IMG/VR virus record: IMGVR_UViG_3300011116_001007
Strand: one strand, 5' to 3'
DNA from: a virus
Taxonomy: Duplodnaviria > Caudoviricetes
Length of the DNA: 64,000 bases
Shown here one piece after another: positions 1 through 10,577 of this stretch. The translations under genes and the position numbers were made by a program. Numbering within the stretch: position 1 is the first letter of the stretch; every line of letters begins with the position of its first letter. The notes under the pieces are model-generated. The model made no database searches. It was not told the origin of the DNA and saw only the letters and a list, made by a program, of their open reading frames with translations.

Positions 1-750
1 ACCAATAGCATTGTGCCAGATGCAATAGCATTCCGTATATTTCAAGACATGCGCGGCGTGCAGGCCACATATCGTATGACCACTGCCACTACCACAGTAT
101 TGACACAGCCACTCAGTGCCACAGACAACATAATGTATGTGGAAAATGTATCAGCACTGGGTCATCCCAATCTTGAACTGGGTGTGTTTGGAGTATGTAC
201 AGTGGATGGTGAACGCATCATGTACAGAGATATTGATGCAGCAACCAATACCATTGCGGGACTCATGAGAGGTACTGCTGGTACAGCCGCAGCTGACCAT
301 TTGGTAAATGCTGCTGTGTACAATCTCAGCCGCGGTAATTTATTACAAAGCAGCTATCAAGATTACATTGTGTCAGACACCAGCACTGGAGATGGGTCTA
401 CCACGGTGTTTTATGCACCAAGTATAAATGTCAATGATTTTGTTGACAGCAGCAGTGAAGCTCCTGCAATTGAAGTATATGTTGGCGGCACACGACAATA
501 TGCTTACAGTGACACAACTGCCACCAGCCAATACCGTTGGTTTGTGACAGATTTTGACCCATTGGCAGTGGATTTTGTTGTAGATAACACTGTGTATCCT
601 CCACTATTTGCCCCGGCTCCCAATGTAGAAGTCACAATATTGGTACGCCAGGGAGTGACCTGGTATCAACGCGGAGTTACCACACCCAGTGACGGAATTG
701 CTCTGCAAGATACTGACACTGTTGCTGCAAGGTTTTTACGTGGTTTATAA
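1..750 (+). CDS. C-terminal part of a large virion/baseplate-type structural protein (5' end outside window)
   Basis: Frame of ORF 13..750 is open back to base 1; Thr/Asp/Val-rich beta-type sequence; directly precedes structural genes. Confidence 0.55.
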   Translation, partial: TNSIVPDAIAFRIFQDMRGVQATYRMTTATTTVLTQPLSATDNIMYVENVSALGHPNLELGVFGVCTVDGERIMYRDIDAATNTIAGLMRGTAGTAAADHLVNAAVYNLSRGNLLQSSYQDYIVSDTSTGDGSTTVFYAPSINVNDFVDSSSEAPAIEVYVGGTRQYAYSDTTATSQYRWFVTDFDPLAVDFVVDNTVYPPLFAPAPNVEVTILVRQGVTWYQRGVTTPSDGIALQDTDTVAARFLRGL

Positions 751-769
751 ACAAGGTAAATAAAATATC

Positions 770-919
770 ATGCCAACTACAATGCCAAACAAACCAGCTG
801 CACCAGTACCAGCACCCAGAGTAAACAAACCCAACGAAAGTGGGTCAATTTCGGTACAAGCACACATGAGGATTTATGATCCCAAAACACAAAAAACCTA
901 TGTGGAGGGACGAGCATGA
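770..919 (+). CDS. 49-aa small protein (MPTTMPNKPAAPVPAPRVNKPNESGSISVQAHMRIYDPKTQKTYVEGRA), not in ORF track
   Basis: ATG 770, TGA 917-919 overlapping the next ATG (ATGA); TAAATA at 757-762. Confidence 0.7.
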   Translation: MPTTMPNKPAAPVPAPRVNKPNESGSISVQAHMRIYDPKTQKTYVEGRA

Positions 920-1521
920 TCACTCCTGGACTGTGCAAAATTGAAGGATTTGTCAAAATTCTTGACCCAAATTCAGGCGAAGTTCTAGTAGATAAAAAGA
1001 ATGCCATCCATTATGAAAACATTTCTATTGCCATGGCACAGACCTTGAGCAACAGAGACTTAGGTTATATCTATTTGATGGCATTCGGCAACGGTGGCAG
1101 TAGTGTTGATCCTACTGGGGTGATCACGTACCTGCCCCCAAATACCACAGGACAAAATGCCGATCTTTACAACCAAACTTACCAAAAAGTGGTAGATGAT
1201 AATTCCGCAGCAGACACTGATCCTGAAAACAACAAGATGACAGTGTTACACACATCTGGAAATCTATACACTGATATTTTGGTAAGTTGTTTGTTGGACT
1301 ACGGCGAACCTCCAACTCAGCAGGCCTTTGATAACTCAACCAACTTTAACGGTGAATATGTGTTTGATGAGTTGGGCCTCAAATCTTGGAACGGCTCAAC
1401 AGACAATCTTCGACTGATTACCCATGTGATTTTTCATCCAGTGCAAAAAAGTCTAAATCGTCAAATTCAGATAGACTACACGCTGAGAATTCAGACATTG
1501 AGTAATATCAATGCTGTATAA
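916..1521 (+). CDS. Putative baseplate/tail structural protein
   Basis: 201-aa ORF coupled to neighbours in the structural cluster; function inferred from context only. Confidence 0.5.
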   Translation: MITPGLCKIEGFVKILDPNSGEVLVDKKNAIHYENISIAMAQTLSNRDLGYIYLMAFGNGGSSVDPTGVITYLPPNTTGQNADLYNQTYQKVVDDNSAADTDPENNKMTVLHTSGNLYTDILVSCLLDYGEPPTQQAFDNSTNFNGEYVFDELGLKSWNGSTDNLRLITHVIFHPVQKSLNRQIQIDYTLRIQTLSNINAV

Positions 1522-1524
1522 ATA
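1517..1524 (+). promoter_or_regulatory. T4-type late promoter TATAAATA
   Basis: Exact T4 late consensus 25 nt upstream of the tail-fibre ATG. Confidence 0.6.
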
Positions 1525-1549
1525 TTGATAACAGGAACAGGTAATTCAA

Positions 1550-3562
1550 ATGGCATATACAATTAATTTAACTAACGGTACAATTTTTGCTACTGTCAAT
1601 GATGGCACCGTTAATAACGCTAGTAGCATGACGCTGGTGGGCAAAAACTATGCTGGGTATGGTGAATTTTTAGACGAAAACTTTATTCACCTGCTGGAAA
1701 ATAGCGCAAATACCACAGCCCCAGGGTCACCACTCACAGGACAATTATGGTGGGACAGCACCAATGCATTGATGAAAGTATATAACGGTACTGCTTTCAA
1801 AGTCATGACTGGATCTACCAGCGCAGCCAGCGCACCCAGCAATGTAATCACTGGCGATTTATGGTGGGACACAACCAATTCACAATTGAAAATTTACAAC
1901 GGAGCATCTTGGATCGTGGTTGGCCCAGCTTATACTTCTGCTGAAGGCACAGCCGGTGCCATTCCTGAAACAATCACTGACTCAGGAGCCACTCCGCACT
2001 ATGTGACCAGTCTGTATGTGAACAACACCCGAGTGGCCATTGTGAGTAAAGACGCTAATTTTACTCCATCTGCTCCTACTGTTACCACATTCCCTACCAT
2101 ATACAATGGTATCACTTTGTACAATACCAGTTCTCCAGTTTATGCAGGAACAGCAACCAATGCACAATTACTAGACAGCCTAGACAGCACTGATTTCATG
2201 CGAGCCACGGCCAACACATCAACCACTGGTACATTGGCAGTTTTGAACAATTTTGGATTTACTGTGGGCAGTGCCAATGTCTTTTCGGTAACTACAACTA
2301 CCACCGATGCCAACATTAGAAGCAACATTTCTAATGGTAATCTGGTAATGCAGGCCAACGTATCTGGTAATATATACAACGTAGCAAGAATAGTGGGCAG
2401 CACTGGTGTATTTGCAGTGTCAAATGCCATGACTGCCGGTACCACTGTGTCGGCTGTGGGCAATGTGACTGGTGGCAATATTGCCACAGCAGGGCAAGTC
2501 ACTGCCACTGCCAACATCACTGGTGGCAACATTATTTCGTCTGCTGCGGTATCAGGTGTTTCTTTGGTTTCTTCGGGCAACGTTGACAGTGGTAATCTGC
2601 GTACCGGAGGACAAATCAGTGCAGCAGGCAATATTACTTCAGCAGCCAACGTAGCAGGTACGTATTTTATTGGCAATGGTTCAGCATTGACAGGTTTGAG
2701 TTTGGGCGTGAGTGTTACCAAGTTTGTGAACGGTACCAGTGAAGGTAATGTTGGCACGTCGGGCGGCAATATAAACTTCAACGTGGGTGGTGTGAGCAAT
2801 GTGGTTGTGATTGATACCACCACTTTGTACGCCAATGTGCTCAGCGCACAGAGCATTACCAAATCAGGAACCAATGCCATTGGTAATATTGGATCCAGCT
2901 CCAGCTTCTTTAACACTGTGTTTGGTAACATTTACAACGGTACTGTGGTCAGTGTAGCAGGCAATGTCACTGGTGCTAATATCAATACTGGTGGGTTGGT
3001 CAGTGTTGGAACAACTGTAAATGCCACAGGCAACATCACTGGTGGTAATTTAATCACTGCTGGTTTGGTCAGTACTGCCAGCATTACCAAAACTGGTAGC
3101 AATGCAGTGGGCAATATTGGTAGTTCCAGCAACTATTTCAATCAGGTGTTTGCCACAGCTACCACTGCACTGTACGCCGACGTTGCTGAACGTTTTGCAG
3201 CTGATGAAGTACTAGAACCAGGAACTGTGGTTGAACTGGGCGGATCACAAGAAATTACTCGCGCTGTAACTGACCTAAGTGAAAATGTGTTTGGGGTTAT
3301 CAGTACCAGGCCAGCTTACACAATGAATGGTGGCGCCGGAGAAGATTCAACTCATCCAAAAGTTGCCATGACAGGTCGCGTTCCGGTCAACGTTGTTGGT
3401 ATAATACGCAAAGGCGATCGGCTAGTAGCCGCAGGAGCAGGCCTAGCAAGAGCAGCTCAGCTGGGCGAAGCCACAGCATTCAACGTGATTGGACGCAGTT
3501 TGGTAGATAAAAATACCACAGAACAAGGTACAGTTGAAGCCATTGTGACCATCAAAAACTAA
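1550..3562 (+). CDS. Tail fibre-like protein with GN(I/V)TGGN repeats and a C-terminal intramolecular-chaperone-like domain
   Basis: 670 aa, Gly/Asn/Thr/Ala rich, repeated GNITGGN motifs; C-terminal ADVAERF...PGTVVELGG...GRVPV...KGDRLV typical of fibre chaperone/peptidase tails. Confidence 0.7.
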   Translation: MAYTINLTNGTIFATVNDGTVNNASSMTLVGKNYAGYGEFLDENFIHLLENSANTTAPGSPLTGQLWWDSTNALMKVYNGTAFKVMTGSTSAASAPSNVITGDLWWDTTNSQLKIYNGASWIVVGPAYTSAEGTAGAIPETITDSGATPHYVTSLYVNNTRVAIVSKDANFTPSAPTVTTFPTIYNGITLYNTSSPVYAGTATNAQLLDSLDSTDFMRATANTSTTGTLAVLNNFGFTVGSANVFSVTTTTTDANIRSNISNGNLVMQANVSGNIYNVARIVGSTGVFAVSNAMTAGTTVSAVGNVTGGNIATAGQVTATANITGGNIISSAAVSGVSLVSSGNVDSGNLRTGGQISAAGNITSAANVAGTYFIGNGSALTGLSLGVSVTKFVNGTSEGNVGTSGGNINFNVGGVSNVVVIDTTTLYANVLSAQSITKSGTNAIGNIGSSSSFFNTVFGNIYNGTVVSVAGNVTGANINTGGLVSVGTTVNATGNITGGNLITAGLVSTASITKTGSNAVGNIGSSSNYFNQVFATATTALYADVAERFAADEVLEPGTVVELGGSQEITRAVTDLSENVFGVISTRPAYTMNGGAGEDSTHPKVAMTGRVPVNVVGIIRKGDRLVAAGAGLARAAQLGEATAFNVIGRSLVDKNTTEQGTVEAIVTIKN

Positions 3563-3575
3563 ACAGGAATAGACA

Positions 3576-4556
3576 ATGACTTATTCATCAGGCAGCTTGA
3601 TACAATCAGCAGACTACAACGGGTTTGTTGGTCCCACTGCCAGCGGCGGAACAGCCAACGCAAATGTCAACGATATTTGGGGTGCAGGATCAGGAGATAA
3701 AGGTTATGGGCAAACTGCTGTGTCTAACTCTAGTGTGGCTGGCACCATTACCGCTACACAATGGGCCAGCTTGGTCAACACCTTGAGCAGTTTGGGCAGC
3801 AAAACCAATACTACTATTACCACAAGAACAGCACCCACTGCTGGCGGCACAATTGGCATCTTGGCAGCACTCAACACTGATCTTACTGCGGTCACCACCA
3901 ATAGAAACAATGCAGTAAGTGTTGGCTCAACGTATTCATCTTGGACTGGCACCAATAGCAAAACTGCTGCCACATCGGGAGCAACTTGGACTATCACAAT
4001 TACCAACACTGTGACATTCGCTGATTCAGCCTCAGCTCGTTATTTTTTCAACGGCGGCGGCCTTATTTCTTTACTGAATGGTAAATCCAGTACAGGTGCA
4101 ACAGGAGATCCTCCATGGAACGCACTGGCCGCAGCCTGTGGTACCATTGTTTTTAGTGGAGCAGCAGCCAGTCATACCATTGCAGGTGTTGCATATACTG
4201 GAACTACCAAAATTGGCGGATCAGGAACCCCTACCACACTGAGCACCGCCACAGGATATTACGCATTGACCGCAGGCGCCGCTGCCACAATTATTTTCAA
4301 ACAATTTTCGGCAACTGCTCCTTACACTTCTAATTTCATACAGCACAGCGTGGCATTAAATGCTGGCGCAAACATACTGACATTTACCACACTATGGTCA
4401 GCCAGTGACGGTGATCCTATATCAGGAGGAACGGCTCCTACCGGTATTACCCCCGGCACTGCACCTTGCACTATTTGTTATTATGTTCCTCCTGCCACAA
4501 CCTACTTGCCCACTGCAAGTTGGGGAACTCCCACAGTGGCAGCCACCACAGCTTAA
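3576..4556 (+). CDS. Virion structural/fibre-associated protein
   Basis: 326 aa, extremely Thr/Ala/Gly/Ser rich, follows the tail fibre. Confidence 0.55.
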   Translation: MTYSSGSLIQSADYNGFVGPTASGGTANANVNDIWGAGSGDKGYGQTAVSNSSVAGTITATQWASLVNTLSSLGSKTNTTITTRTAPTAGGTIGILAALNTDLTAVTTNRNNAVSVGSTYSSWTGTNSKTAATSGATWTITITNTVTFADSASARYFFNGGGLISLLNGKSSTGATGDPPWNALAAACGTIVFSGAAASHTIAGVAYTGTTKIGGSGTPTTLSTATGYYALTAGAAATIIFKQFSATAPYTSNFIQHSVALNAGANILTFTTLWSASDGDPISGGTAPTGITPGTAPCTICYYVPPATTYLPTASWGTPTVAATTA

Positions 4557-4559
4557 CCA

Positions 4560-4579
4560 AAAGGGCCAATTGGCCCTTT
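4560..4579 (+). terminator. Perfect 20-bp palindrome AAAGGGCCAATTGGCCCTTT, probable terminator of the structural operon
   Basis: Self-complementary, followed by ACTTTT, immediately after stop 4556. Confidence 0.6.
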
Positions 4580-4605
4580 ACTTTTGATTGCGTATTGTGT
4601 ATAAT
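4577..4605 (+). promoter_or_regulatory. sigma70-type promoter TTTACT-17-TATAAT for the modification island
   Basis: -35 4577-4582, -10 4600-4605, ATG at 4612. Confidence 0.6.
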
Positions 4606-4611
4606 ACACAC

Positions 4612-4917
4612 ATGAACCCAGAAGATTTAATTGCTCATGCTCGCTCTAGATTCAATCACGAATCAGCTAAACGGTTACTCAAAGAAAAATATCAAGCCCG
4701 AATGCTGTTTGCTCATGCTGGAGGCATGTGGCGTGCTGGTCCTGAACTAGTAGTGTTGCTGGCCACAGTACCTCCGGGCAATGCAGTGATACTGGACTTG
4801 TACGACAATCCCATCCAGGTCAATCCTGAACAACTTCGCACCCTGGCTGTGCAATGCTGGCAAGAACAGATGAATGCCTGGTTACTAGAACACGAACAAG
4901 TGAACAAGCAACGATGA
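4612..4917 (+). CDS. Hypothetical protein (101 aa)
   Basis: ORF 4588..4917; ATG 4612 preferred because the upstream part overlaps the promoter. Confidence 0.65.
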   Translation: MNPEDLIAHARSRFNHESAKRLLKEKYQARMLFAHAGGMWRAGPELVVLLATVPPGNAVILDLYDNPIQVNPEQLRTLAVQCWQEQMNAWLLEHEQVNKQR

Positions 4918-5759
4918 CAACCGGTGCATTGATATTTGCATTTAACAATGAAAAAACAGACTATGTGGCTCTGGCAGCTTGGTCAGCTGCCAACATACAT
5001 AGACATCTTGACATTCCGGTAGCAGTGGTCACAGATAACGAACATCATCCTGCACTCGCAGCGTTTGATCAAGTGATCTTTGCAGAGCCATCATCGGGTG
5101 GAACCAGGAACTTTGAAGACTACGGTGCCACTGTGACCTGGCACAATGCCGGCCGGCCTGATGCATACAATCTCACACCGTGGCATAATACCTTGCTTTT
5201 AGATGCAGACTATATAGTGGCCAGTGATCAATTGAAACACATTTGTACCAATGGTAGAGATTTACAAGCCTACACAAGATCGACAGACATACATAACAAT
5301 CAAAATTTAGATCAGTTTGGCAATCCTGCCATGAGCATGCATTGGGCCACAGTAGTACAATTTCGTAAATGCACACAGGCCCGCTACACGTTTGATTGTA
5401 TGAACATGATCAAACAAAATTGGCAGCATTACAGAGACATCTATCATATTCACAGCAGTACATACCGCAACGACTACTCGCTAAGTATAGCAATAAACTT
5501 ATTGAATGGGCATGTACCACATATCAGCAACAACTCAATTGCCGGCGCATTGGTAAATGTGTACCCCAGCGATACGCTAACACAACTACATGAAGATTGT
5601 TATCGTGTGGCCTGGACTGATTCAAATAGAAAAAAACATCATGTGGATCTAGCAAACCAAGATTTACATGCCATGGGCAAAAGAGATTTAGAGGTCATAG
5701 TTGAAAATTACACAAGAGCAAGGCTACTTAATAACAGCCTGGAACTCAGCCACAGTTGA
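4914..5759 (+). CDS. GT-A-fold glycosyltransferase-like protein
   Basis: ATGA overlap at 4914; LLLDADY DxD motif, NDY and late His. Confidence 0.6.
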   Translation: MTTGALIFAFNNEKTDYVALAAWSAANIHRHLDIPVAVVTDNEHHPALAAFDQVIFAEPSSGGTRNFEDYGATVTWHNAGRPDAYNLTPWHNTLLLDADYIVASDQLKHICTNGRDLQAYTRSTDIHNNQNLDQFGNPAMSMHWATVVQFRKCTQARYTFDCMNMIKQNWQHYRDIYHIHSSTYRNDYSLSIAINLLNGHVPHISNNSIAGALVNVYPSDTLTQLHEDCYRVAWTDSNRKKHHVDLANQDLHAMGKRDLEVIVENYTRARLLNNSLELSHS

Positions 5760-6462
5760 TTACGTAGACTGCGCGAGATCATTGGTTCAAACATTAAAAC
5801 ATTGGCATCCAGATGCCAAAGTGTGCTTGGTCACGGATACAGATGTGTCTGATCGGTTGTTTGATCATGTGCAAGTAATCACACGTACCAATTTTGCCAA
5901 TCCCTATGCTGATGACTGGCAGGTGTTCTATCGATCACCATTTCGTGAAACTATTAAACTGGAAGCAGACATGTGGATTACCAGTTCAATCGATCACTGG
6001 TGGAATCTGTTTCGCAAACGTGATTTAGTGATCAGCACAGGTTGCAGAAACTGGCAAGATCAACACAGCACAGCAAGGCATTATCGTAAAATATTTGATG
6101 CAAATCATTTGCCTGATGTGTACAATGCTGTCACTTACTGGAGATTGAGTACCACAGCAAAAGAATTTTTTGATTTGACACGCAACATATTTGAGCACTG
6201 GACTGAATACCGCAAGCTATTGAAATTCCCAGATGAGACAGCATCAACAGATTTGGTCTACGCAATGGCAGCACAGATCATCGGACCCGAACTGGTAACT
6301 TTACCATTTGCTACATATCCCAAAATAGTTCACATGAAACGACATCATGCTGGTACACAAACAGAAAATTGGAAAAAAGAATTGATTTGGGAATGGGATC
6401 GCGGCAGTTTACGTGTGCAGACTTTAACACAATCAGGAGCGTTTCATTACCATGTCAAATGA
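5701..6462 (+). CDS. GT-A-fold glycosyltransferase-like protein, paralogue of the upstream gene
   Basis: TTG start; TIKLEADM acidic motif, STD, VHMK paralleling LHAMGK upstream. Confidence 0.55.
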   Translation: MKITQEQGYLITAWNSATVDYVDCARSLVQTLKHWHPDAKVCLVTDTDVSDRLFDHVQVITRTNFANPYADDWQVFYRSPFRETIKLEADMWITSSIDHWWNLFRKRDLVISTGCRNWQDQHSTARHYRKIFDANHLPDVYNAVTYWRLSTTAKEFFDLTRNIFEHWTEYRKLLKFPDETASTDLVYAMAAQIIGPELVTLPFATYPKIVHMKRHHAGTQTENWKKELIWEWDRGSLRVQTLTQSGAFHYHVK

Positions 6463-6802
6463 ACCCGTAACTGAACAAGAATTTTGGAGTATCTTGGCAG
6501 CCATGCCTGAATCTCAACCAGTTTTCTTTAGACTGTATCATGATGATCGCGGGCGTGTATTATTCTACAGCATGGAGGATGTTCCAGGTACATACATTGA
6601 AATTGATGCAGAAACTTTTGCGTTACAGTCCACAAACGTCAGAGTACAAGATGGCCGCCTGGTTGAAGTGGTCTGGATGACCAGTGAAAAACTTCAACCA
6701 ATGGAAACTGGTACACCCTGCCACCCCACAGACATAACCGTAATAGTTTCACCAAACGATCCGCACACCAAATGGAGCAAAAAAACACATGAACAAAATT
6801 GA
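6452..6802 (+). CDS. Hypothetical protein
   Basis: 116-aa ORF overlapping both neighbours. Confidence 0.65.
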   Translation: MSNEPVTEQEFWSILAAMPESQPVFFRLYHDDRGRVLFYSMEDVPGTYIEIDAETFALQSTNVRVQDGRLVEVVWMTSEKLQPMETGTPCHPTDITVIVSPNDPHTKWSKKTHEQN

Positions 6803-7712
6803 CACAGCAGATTTAGATTGCATTTATCTCACCTACGACGAGCCACAACGTGAAGAATTCTGGGTAAAGATCAAGAACATGATTCCGTGGGCCAAACGTG
6901 TGGATGGTGTTCGCGGGTCTGATGCAGCACACAAAGCCGCTGCTGCTGCCAGTGACACAGAACGTTTTATTTTGATTGATGGCGACAACTTGCCTTCTGC
7001 AGATTTTTTCAACAAAACATTGGAATTGCCCACAGCTGACTACGAGCAAGCAGTGTTCCGCTGGCGTGCTAGAAATCATGTCAACGGACTCATGTATGGC
7101 AATGGTGGCATCAGTAGTTGGACACGTGAATTTGTGAATGCCATGCGTACACACGAAGCCACTGATGGACGTACAGAAACACAAGTTGAGTTTTGCTTTG
7201 ATCCCTTGTACTGGGCCATGCATGATTGCTACAGCACAACATATCCAGCGCAATCACCGTTCCATGCTTGGCGTGCAGGATTCCGCGAAGGTGTAAAGAT
7301 GTGCCTGAACAAAGGTGCCAGACCCACAGTGGATGAATTTAAAAATCAAGTACTGCGTAATCTTGATCACCTGACCATATGGCACAACATTGGATCTGAC
7401 GTAGAAAACGGAGAATGGTGTATGGCCGGTGCAAGACAAGGCACATACATGACCATGCTGACCAACTGGGATTACACACTGGTGCAGGACTTTGATGCAC
7501 TGGCTGAAATTTGGGCCACGGTAAAAGATGGCCAGCCGAGAATACTAAGCAATCAACTAGGGCCAGAGATGGGTACACAGCTGGACCTGCCAATGGCCAT
7601 ATTGGAATCTGAGCAAAGTGCGTTTTTCAAATATCATTATCGATCAAACTGGTATAATCGCGGTGCTATGGTTCGAGAGATAGATGTGATCAGACAACAA
7701 GAAGGTTGGTGA
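6789..7712 (+). CDS. GT-A-like glycosyltransferase
   Basis: FILIDGDN DxD motif; homologous to the C-terminus of 27969..31949 (NxVNGLxYG, WRxxFRE). Confidence 0.6.
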   Translation: MNKIDTADLDCIYLTYDEPQREEFWVKIKNMIPWAKRVDGVRGSDAAHKAAAAASDTERFILIDGDNLPSADFFNKTLELPTADYEQAVFRWRARNHVNGLMYGNGGISSWTREFVNAMRTHEATDGRTETQVEFCFDPLYWAMHDCYSTTYPAQSPFHAWRAGFREGVKMCLNKGARPTVDEFKNQVLRNLDHLTIWHNIGSDVENGEWCMAGARQGTYMTMLTNWDYTLVQDFDALAEIWATVKDGQPRILSNQLGPEMGTQLDLPMAILESEQSAFFKYHYRSNWYNRGAMVREIDVIRQQEGW

Positions 7713-8614
7713 TGATTAAATTATCACCAGATAATTTAATTCAATATTTTACATTGCCTAATGTAAATACCACTGAGTCCTTGTTGGGAAAAAATCCGTA
7801 CGATATTGTCACAAGAGATTCTGACACACTACTGGTCACCATTGGGGATTCTTGGACTTGGGGCGCTGACCTTACCGCCAAACATATTGGGTTGCATATC
7901 GATCGTAATTGTGATGATAATTATCGATTAGATAATGTGTATGGCGGAGTACTTGCAGACTACTTGCAAGCAGACTTTTTAAACCTTGGCGAGCCTGGCT
8001 CTAGCAATTGGCACATAGCTCGTAAATTAGCAGAACTTGCTAACATATCACATGATCTAAGTTATCAAAAAATTATTATTATTTGCATTTTTACAGAAAC
8101 TGGTAGGGACTTCAATTCTCTCGACGATGTTACAATTGATTATCGTGATTGGTTAATTAATAATGTAGTAGATTACACAAGTTATTATGACTTTTTAAAA
8201 TTTGTAAATCAACAAATTTCAGCTAAAATAATCAAGTCTTTAACCAGTCTGAGTTCGGCATGCAAGATATACTTTGGAACCAACTTTGTAGACCCTATTG
8301 GATACGAACAATTACAAGAGTATTTTTTAGACTATTCTTGGTTAAAAATTATTTGTCAACGTAATAATCTTGCTTACATGCCTGATGCTTGTTATATGGT
8401 ATTTCCTTGGGTGATTGAAAAATTTGAATGTTTGTTTGATTTTGCACCCGAACTTGATCGTGATCAATGGTTAATTTGGATGTCAGAGTTGGCTGAGGAT
8501 GCCAATGTACGAGCAACATTATGTAAAAAAGATTCAGTAAACTTCAATCAGTTGTTGCATCCAACAGCATCAAATCATAGATATTTTGCCGAGTACCTGT
8601 TGACACAATTATGA
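7706..8614 (+). CDS. SGNH/GDSL-like hydrolase or acyltransferase
   Basis: IGDSWTWG, NLGEPGSSN, C-terminal LHP; true start may be GTG 7709 or ATG 7712. Confidence 0.55.
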   Translation: MVMIKLSPDNLIQYFTLPNVNTTESLLGKNPYDIVTRDSDTLLVTIGDSWTWGADLTAKHIGLHIDRNCDDNYRLDNVYGGVLADYLQADFLNLGEPGSSNWHIARKLAELANISHDLSYQKIIIICIFTETGRDFNSLDDVTIDYRDWLINNVVDYTSYYDFLKFVNQQISAKIIKSLTSLSSACKIYFGTNFVDPIGYEQLQEYFLDYSWLKIICQRNNLAYMPDACYMVFPWVIEKFECLFDFAPELDRDQWLIWMSELAEDANVRATLCKKDSVNFNQLLHPTASNHRYFAEYLLTQL

Positions 8615-9558
8615 TCAATCAATACACACTCAGTCTGGCCAATGATAAAATTTGGGCAATTGATCATCTGATAGGATTCTTAGTCCACAATCAAGGTAAA
8701 GATATTGTTTTACATGTTAATCCAGAAGCACACTGTCTATATTCTTGCGGACTATACGCCATATTAGAAAAGTTTCAATTTAACAGTGTGACTATTTTTA
8801 CAAACAATGTACTTGAAACTCATCCAACATATCAAATTAAATATCGTAACATCAATACATTTTTTAGTGATAGTAAAAAATACAATCTGAGTGCGTCTGG
8901 CAAATGGAATGAACAAAAAATATTTGGAGCGTTTTACGGCAGACCCACTGCCAATCGTCTTGGCATTGCCAGTTATCTATACTCAAAATACAACAATCAG
9001 AGCGAAATTCTGCTGGCATCAAGAGTTGATTTAGTTGACAGTCGGGTGACATTTGAATTGGATAAACTGTTTGAATACGACATCGACAGCATGTCGCGTG
9101 TTGCTTATCTAATTGAAAATTTTAATTTTGGTGGAATTGATTACACTCCAATGGGAAATTTGTTTACCTACGATACACCGTTAAACAGTTTGTATGAAAA
9201 TATTCTAGTAGACATCATCAGTGAACCAAATATTAAAGGAAATACATTTTTCCCTACAGAAAAATTAGTAAGGCCGGTGTTGTTGAAAAAACCATTTATT
9301 GCAATGGCTTCAAAAAATTACTTGGAGTATGTACGGCAAATGGGGTTTCATACGTTCAATGAGTTTTGGGACGAAACGTATGATGGATACGAAGGCAGTG
9401 AACGCTACTTAAAAATTTTATCATTAATAAGTACGTTGGCTTCTAAATCAAAAAAAGAATTGTATGATCTTTATAATTTCATGCAGTTTCAAATTGATCA
9501 CAATTACAATTTGATTGTTAATAAATTGTACACCAAAAAAATCACATTGATTAACTAA
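8611..9558 (+). CDS. GT10-like 'TEK-motif' glycosyltransferase-like protein (1 of 6)
   Basis: DIISE...FFPTEKLVRPVLLKKPF...GFHTF..FWDETYD. Confidence 0.5.
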   Translation: MINQYTLSLANDKIWAIDHLIGFLVHNQGKDIVLHVNPEAHCLYSCGLYAILEKFQFNSVTIFTNNVLETHPTYQIKYRNINTFFSDSKKYNLSASGKWNEQKIFGAFYGRPTANRLGIASYLYSKYNNQSEILLASRVDLVDSRVTFELDKLFEYDIDSMSRVAYLIENFNFGGIDYTPMGNLFTYDTPLNSLYENILVDIISEPNIKGNTFFPTEKLVRPVLLKKPFIAMASKNYLEYVRQMGFHTFNEFWDETYDGYEGSERYLKILSLISTLASKSKKELYDLYNFMQFQIDHNYNLIVNKLYTKKITLIN

Positions 9559-9563
9559 CCAGT

Positions 9564-10577
9564 ATGCCTACCACAATTTTTATAACAGGTATTGCAGGAT
9601 TTTTGGGTAGCCACCTAGCTGATCATTTTATCAGACTGGGATATCATGTCAAAGGAAATGATAATTTGATAGGTGGGTGCCAAAGTAATATTCCAGCCAA
9701 AGCAGAGTTTTATAACATCGACTGTAACAACTTGTCAGCATTGACCACTGCAATGACCAATGTAGATATTGTAGTTCATTGTGCTGCCACAGCATATGAA
9801 GGGCTAAGTGTGTTCAGCCCAAGTTTTGTAGTTAATAATGTCATGCAGGCCAGCACAAGTGTAATTTCGTCAGCTATACAAAATAAAGTCAAACGCATAG
9901 TGTATTGCAGCAGTATGGCCAGATACGGCAACCAGAAAACACCGTTTGTTGAGTCAATGACTCCCGCACCTGTTGATCCATACGGCATAGCCAAGGTGGG
10001 TGGGGAATTGATATTAAAAAATTTATGTGACATCAACGGCATTGAGTGGAATATTGCAGTACCACATAACATCATTGGTACTAGACAAAAATACGATGAC
10101 CCATTTCGAAATGTTGTTAGCATTATGATTAATCGATGCTTGCAAAATAAACCGCCGGTGATATACGGCAACGGCACCCAGAAACGATGTTTTTCGTATA
10201 TCGACGACTGCGTGTATTGCTTGATCAAGTTAGTGACTGACACCAACATCACAAGCCAAACTGTAAATATAGGCCCTGATGAAGAATTTGTGACTATTAA
10301 CGAGTTGGCTGCACTTGTGATGGAACTCACAGAGTACAATGGCACCCCGTTGTATGTTAATCCGCGACCACTGGAAGTATCACTTGCTACATGCAGTTCT
10401 GATCTTGCCAGGCAGTTGCTAGACTATAAAACATCAACAACCTTACGCGAAGCAGTAACCCAGACCATGAACGGTATAAAACAATCAGGAGTACGACCGT
10501 TTGATTACAAATTCCCAGTTGAAATTAACAACAGCTTGACTCCGATAACCTGGCATAATGAATACTTTAACAAATAA
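9564..10577 (+). CDS. NAD-dependent epimerase/dehydratase (extended SDR)
   Basis: ITGIAGFLG, SS, YGIAK (YxxxK), RCFSYIDD. Confidence 0.9.
   Translation: MPTTIFITGIAGFLGSHLADHFIRLGYHVKGNDNLIGGCQSNIPAKAEFYNIDCNNLSALTTAMTNVDIVVHCAATAYEGLSVFSPSFVVNNVMQASTSVISSAIQNKVKRIVYCSSMARYGNQKTPFVESMTPAPVDPYGIAKVGGELILKNLCDINGIEWNIAVPHNIIGTRQKYDDPFRNVVSIMINRCLQNKPPVIYGNGTQKRCFSYIDDCVYCLIKLVTDTNITSQTVNIGPDEEFVTINELAALVMELTEYNGTPLYVNPRPLEVSLATCSSDLARQLLDYKTSTTLREAVTQTMNGIKQSGVRPFDYKFPVEINNSLTPITWHNEYFNK

Noticed and set aside
2140-3132. Long antisense ORFs 2140..2931 and 2932..3132
   Set aside because: Shadow frames of the low-complexity tail-fibre gene; no start signals or protein-like motifs
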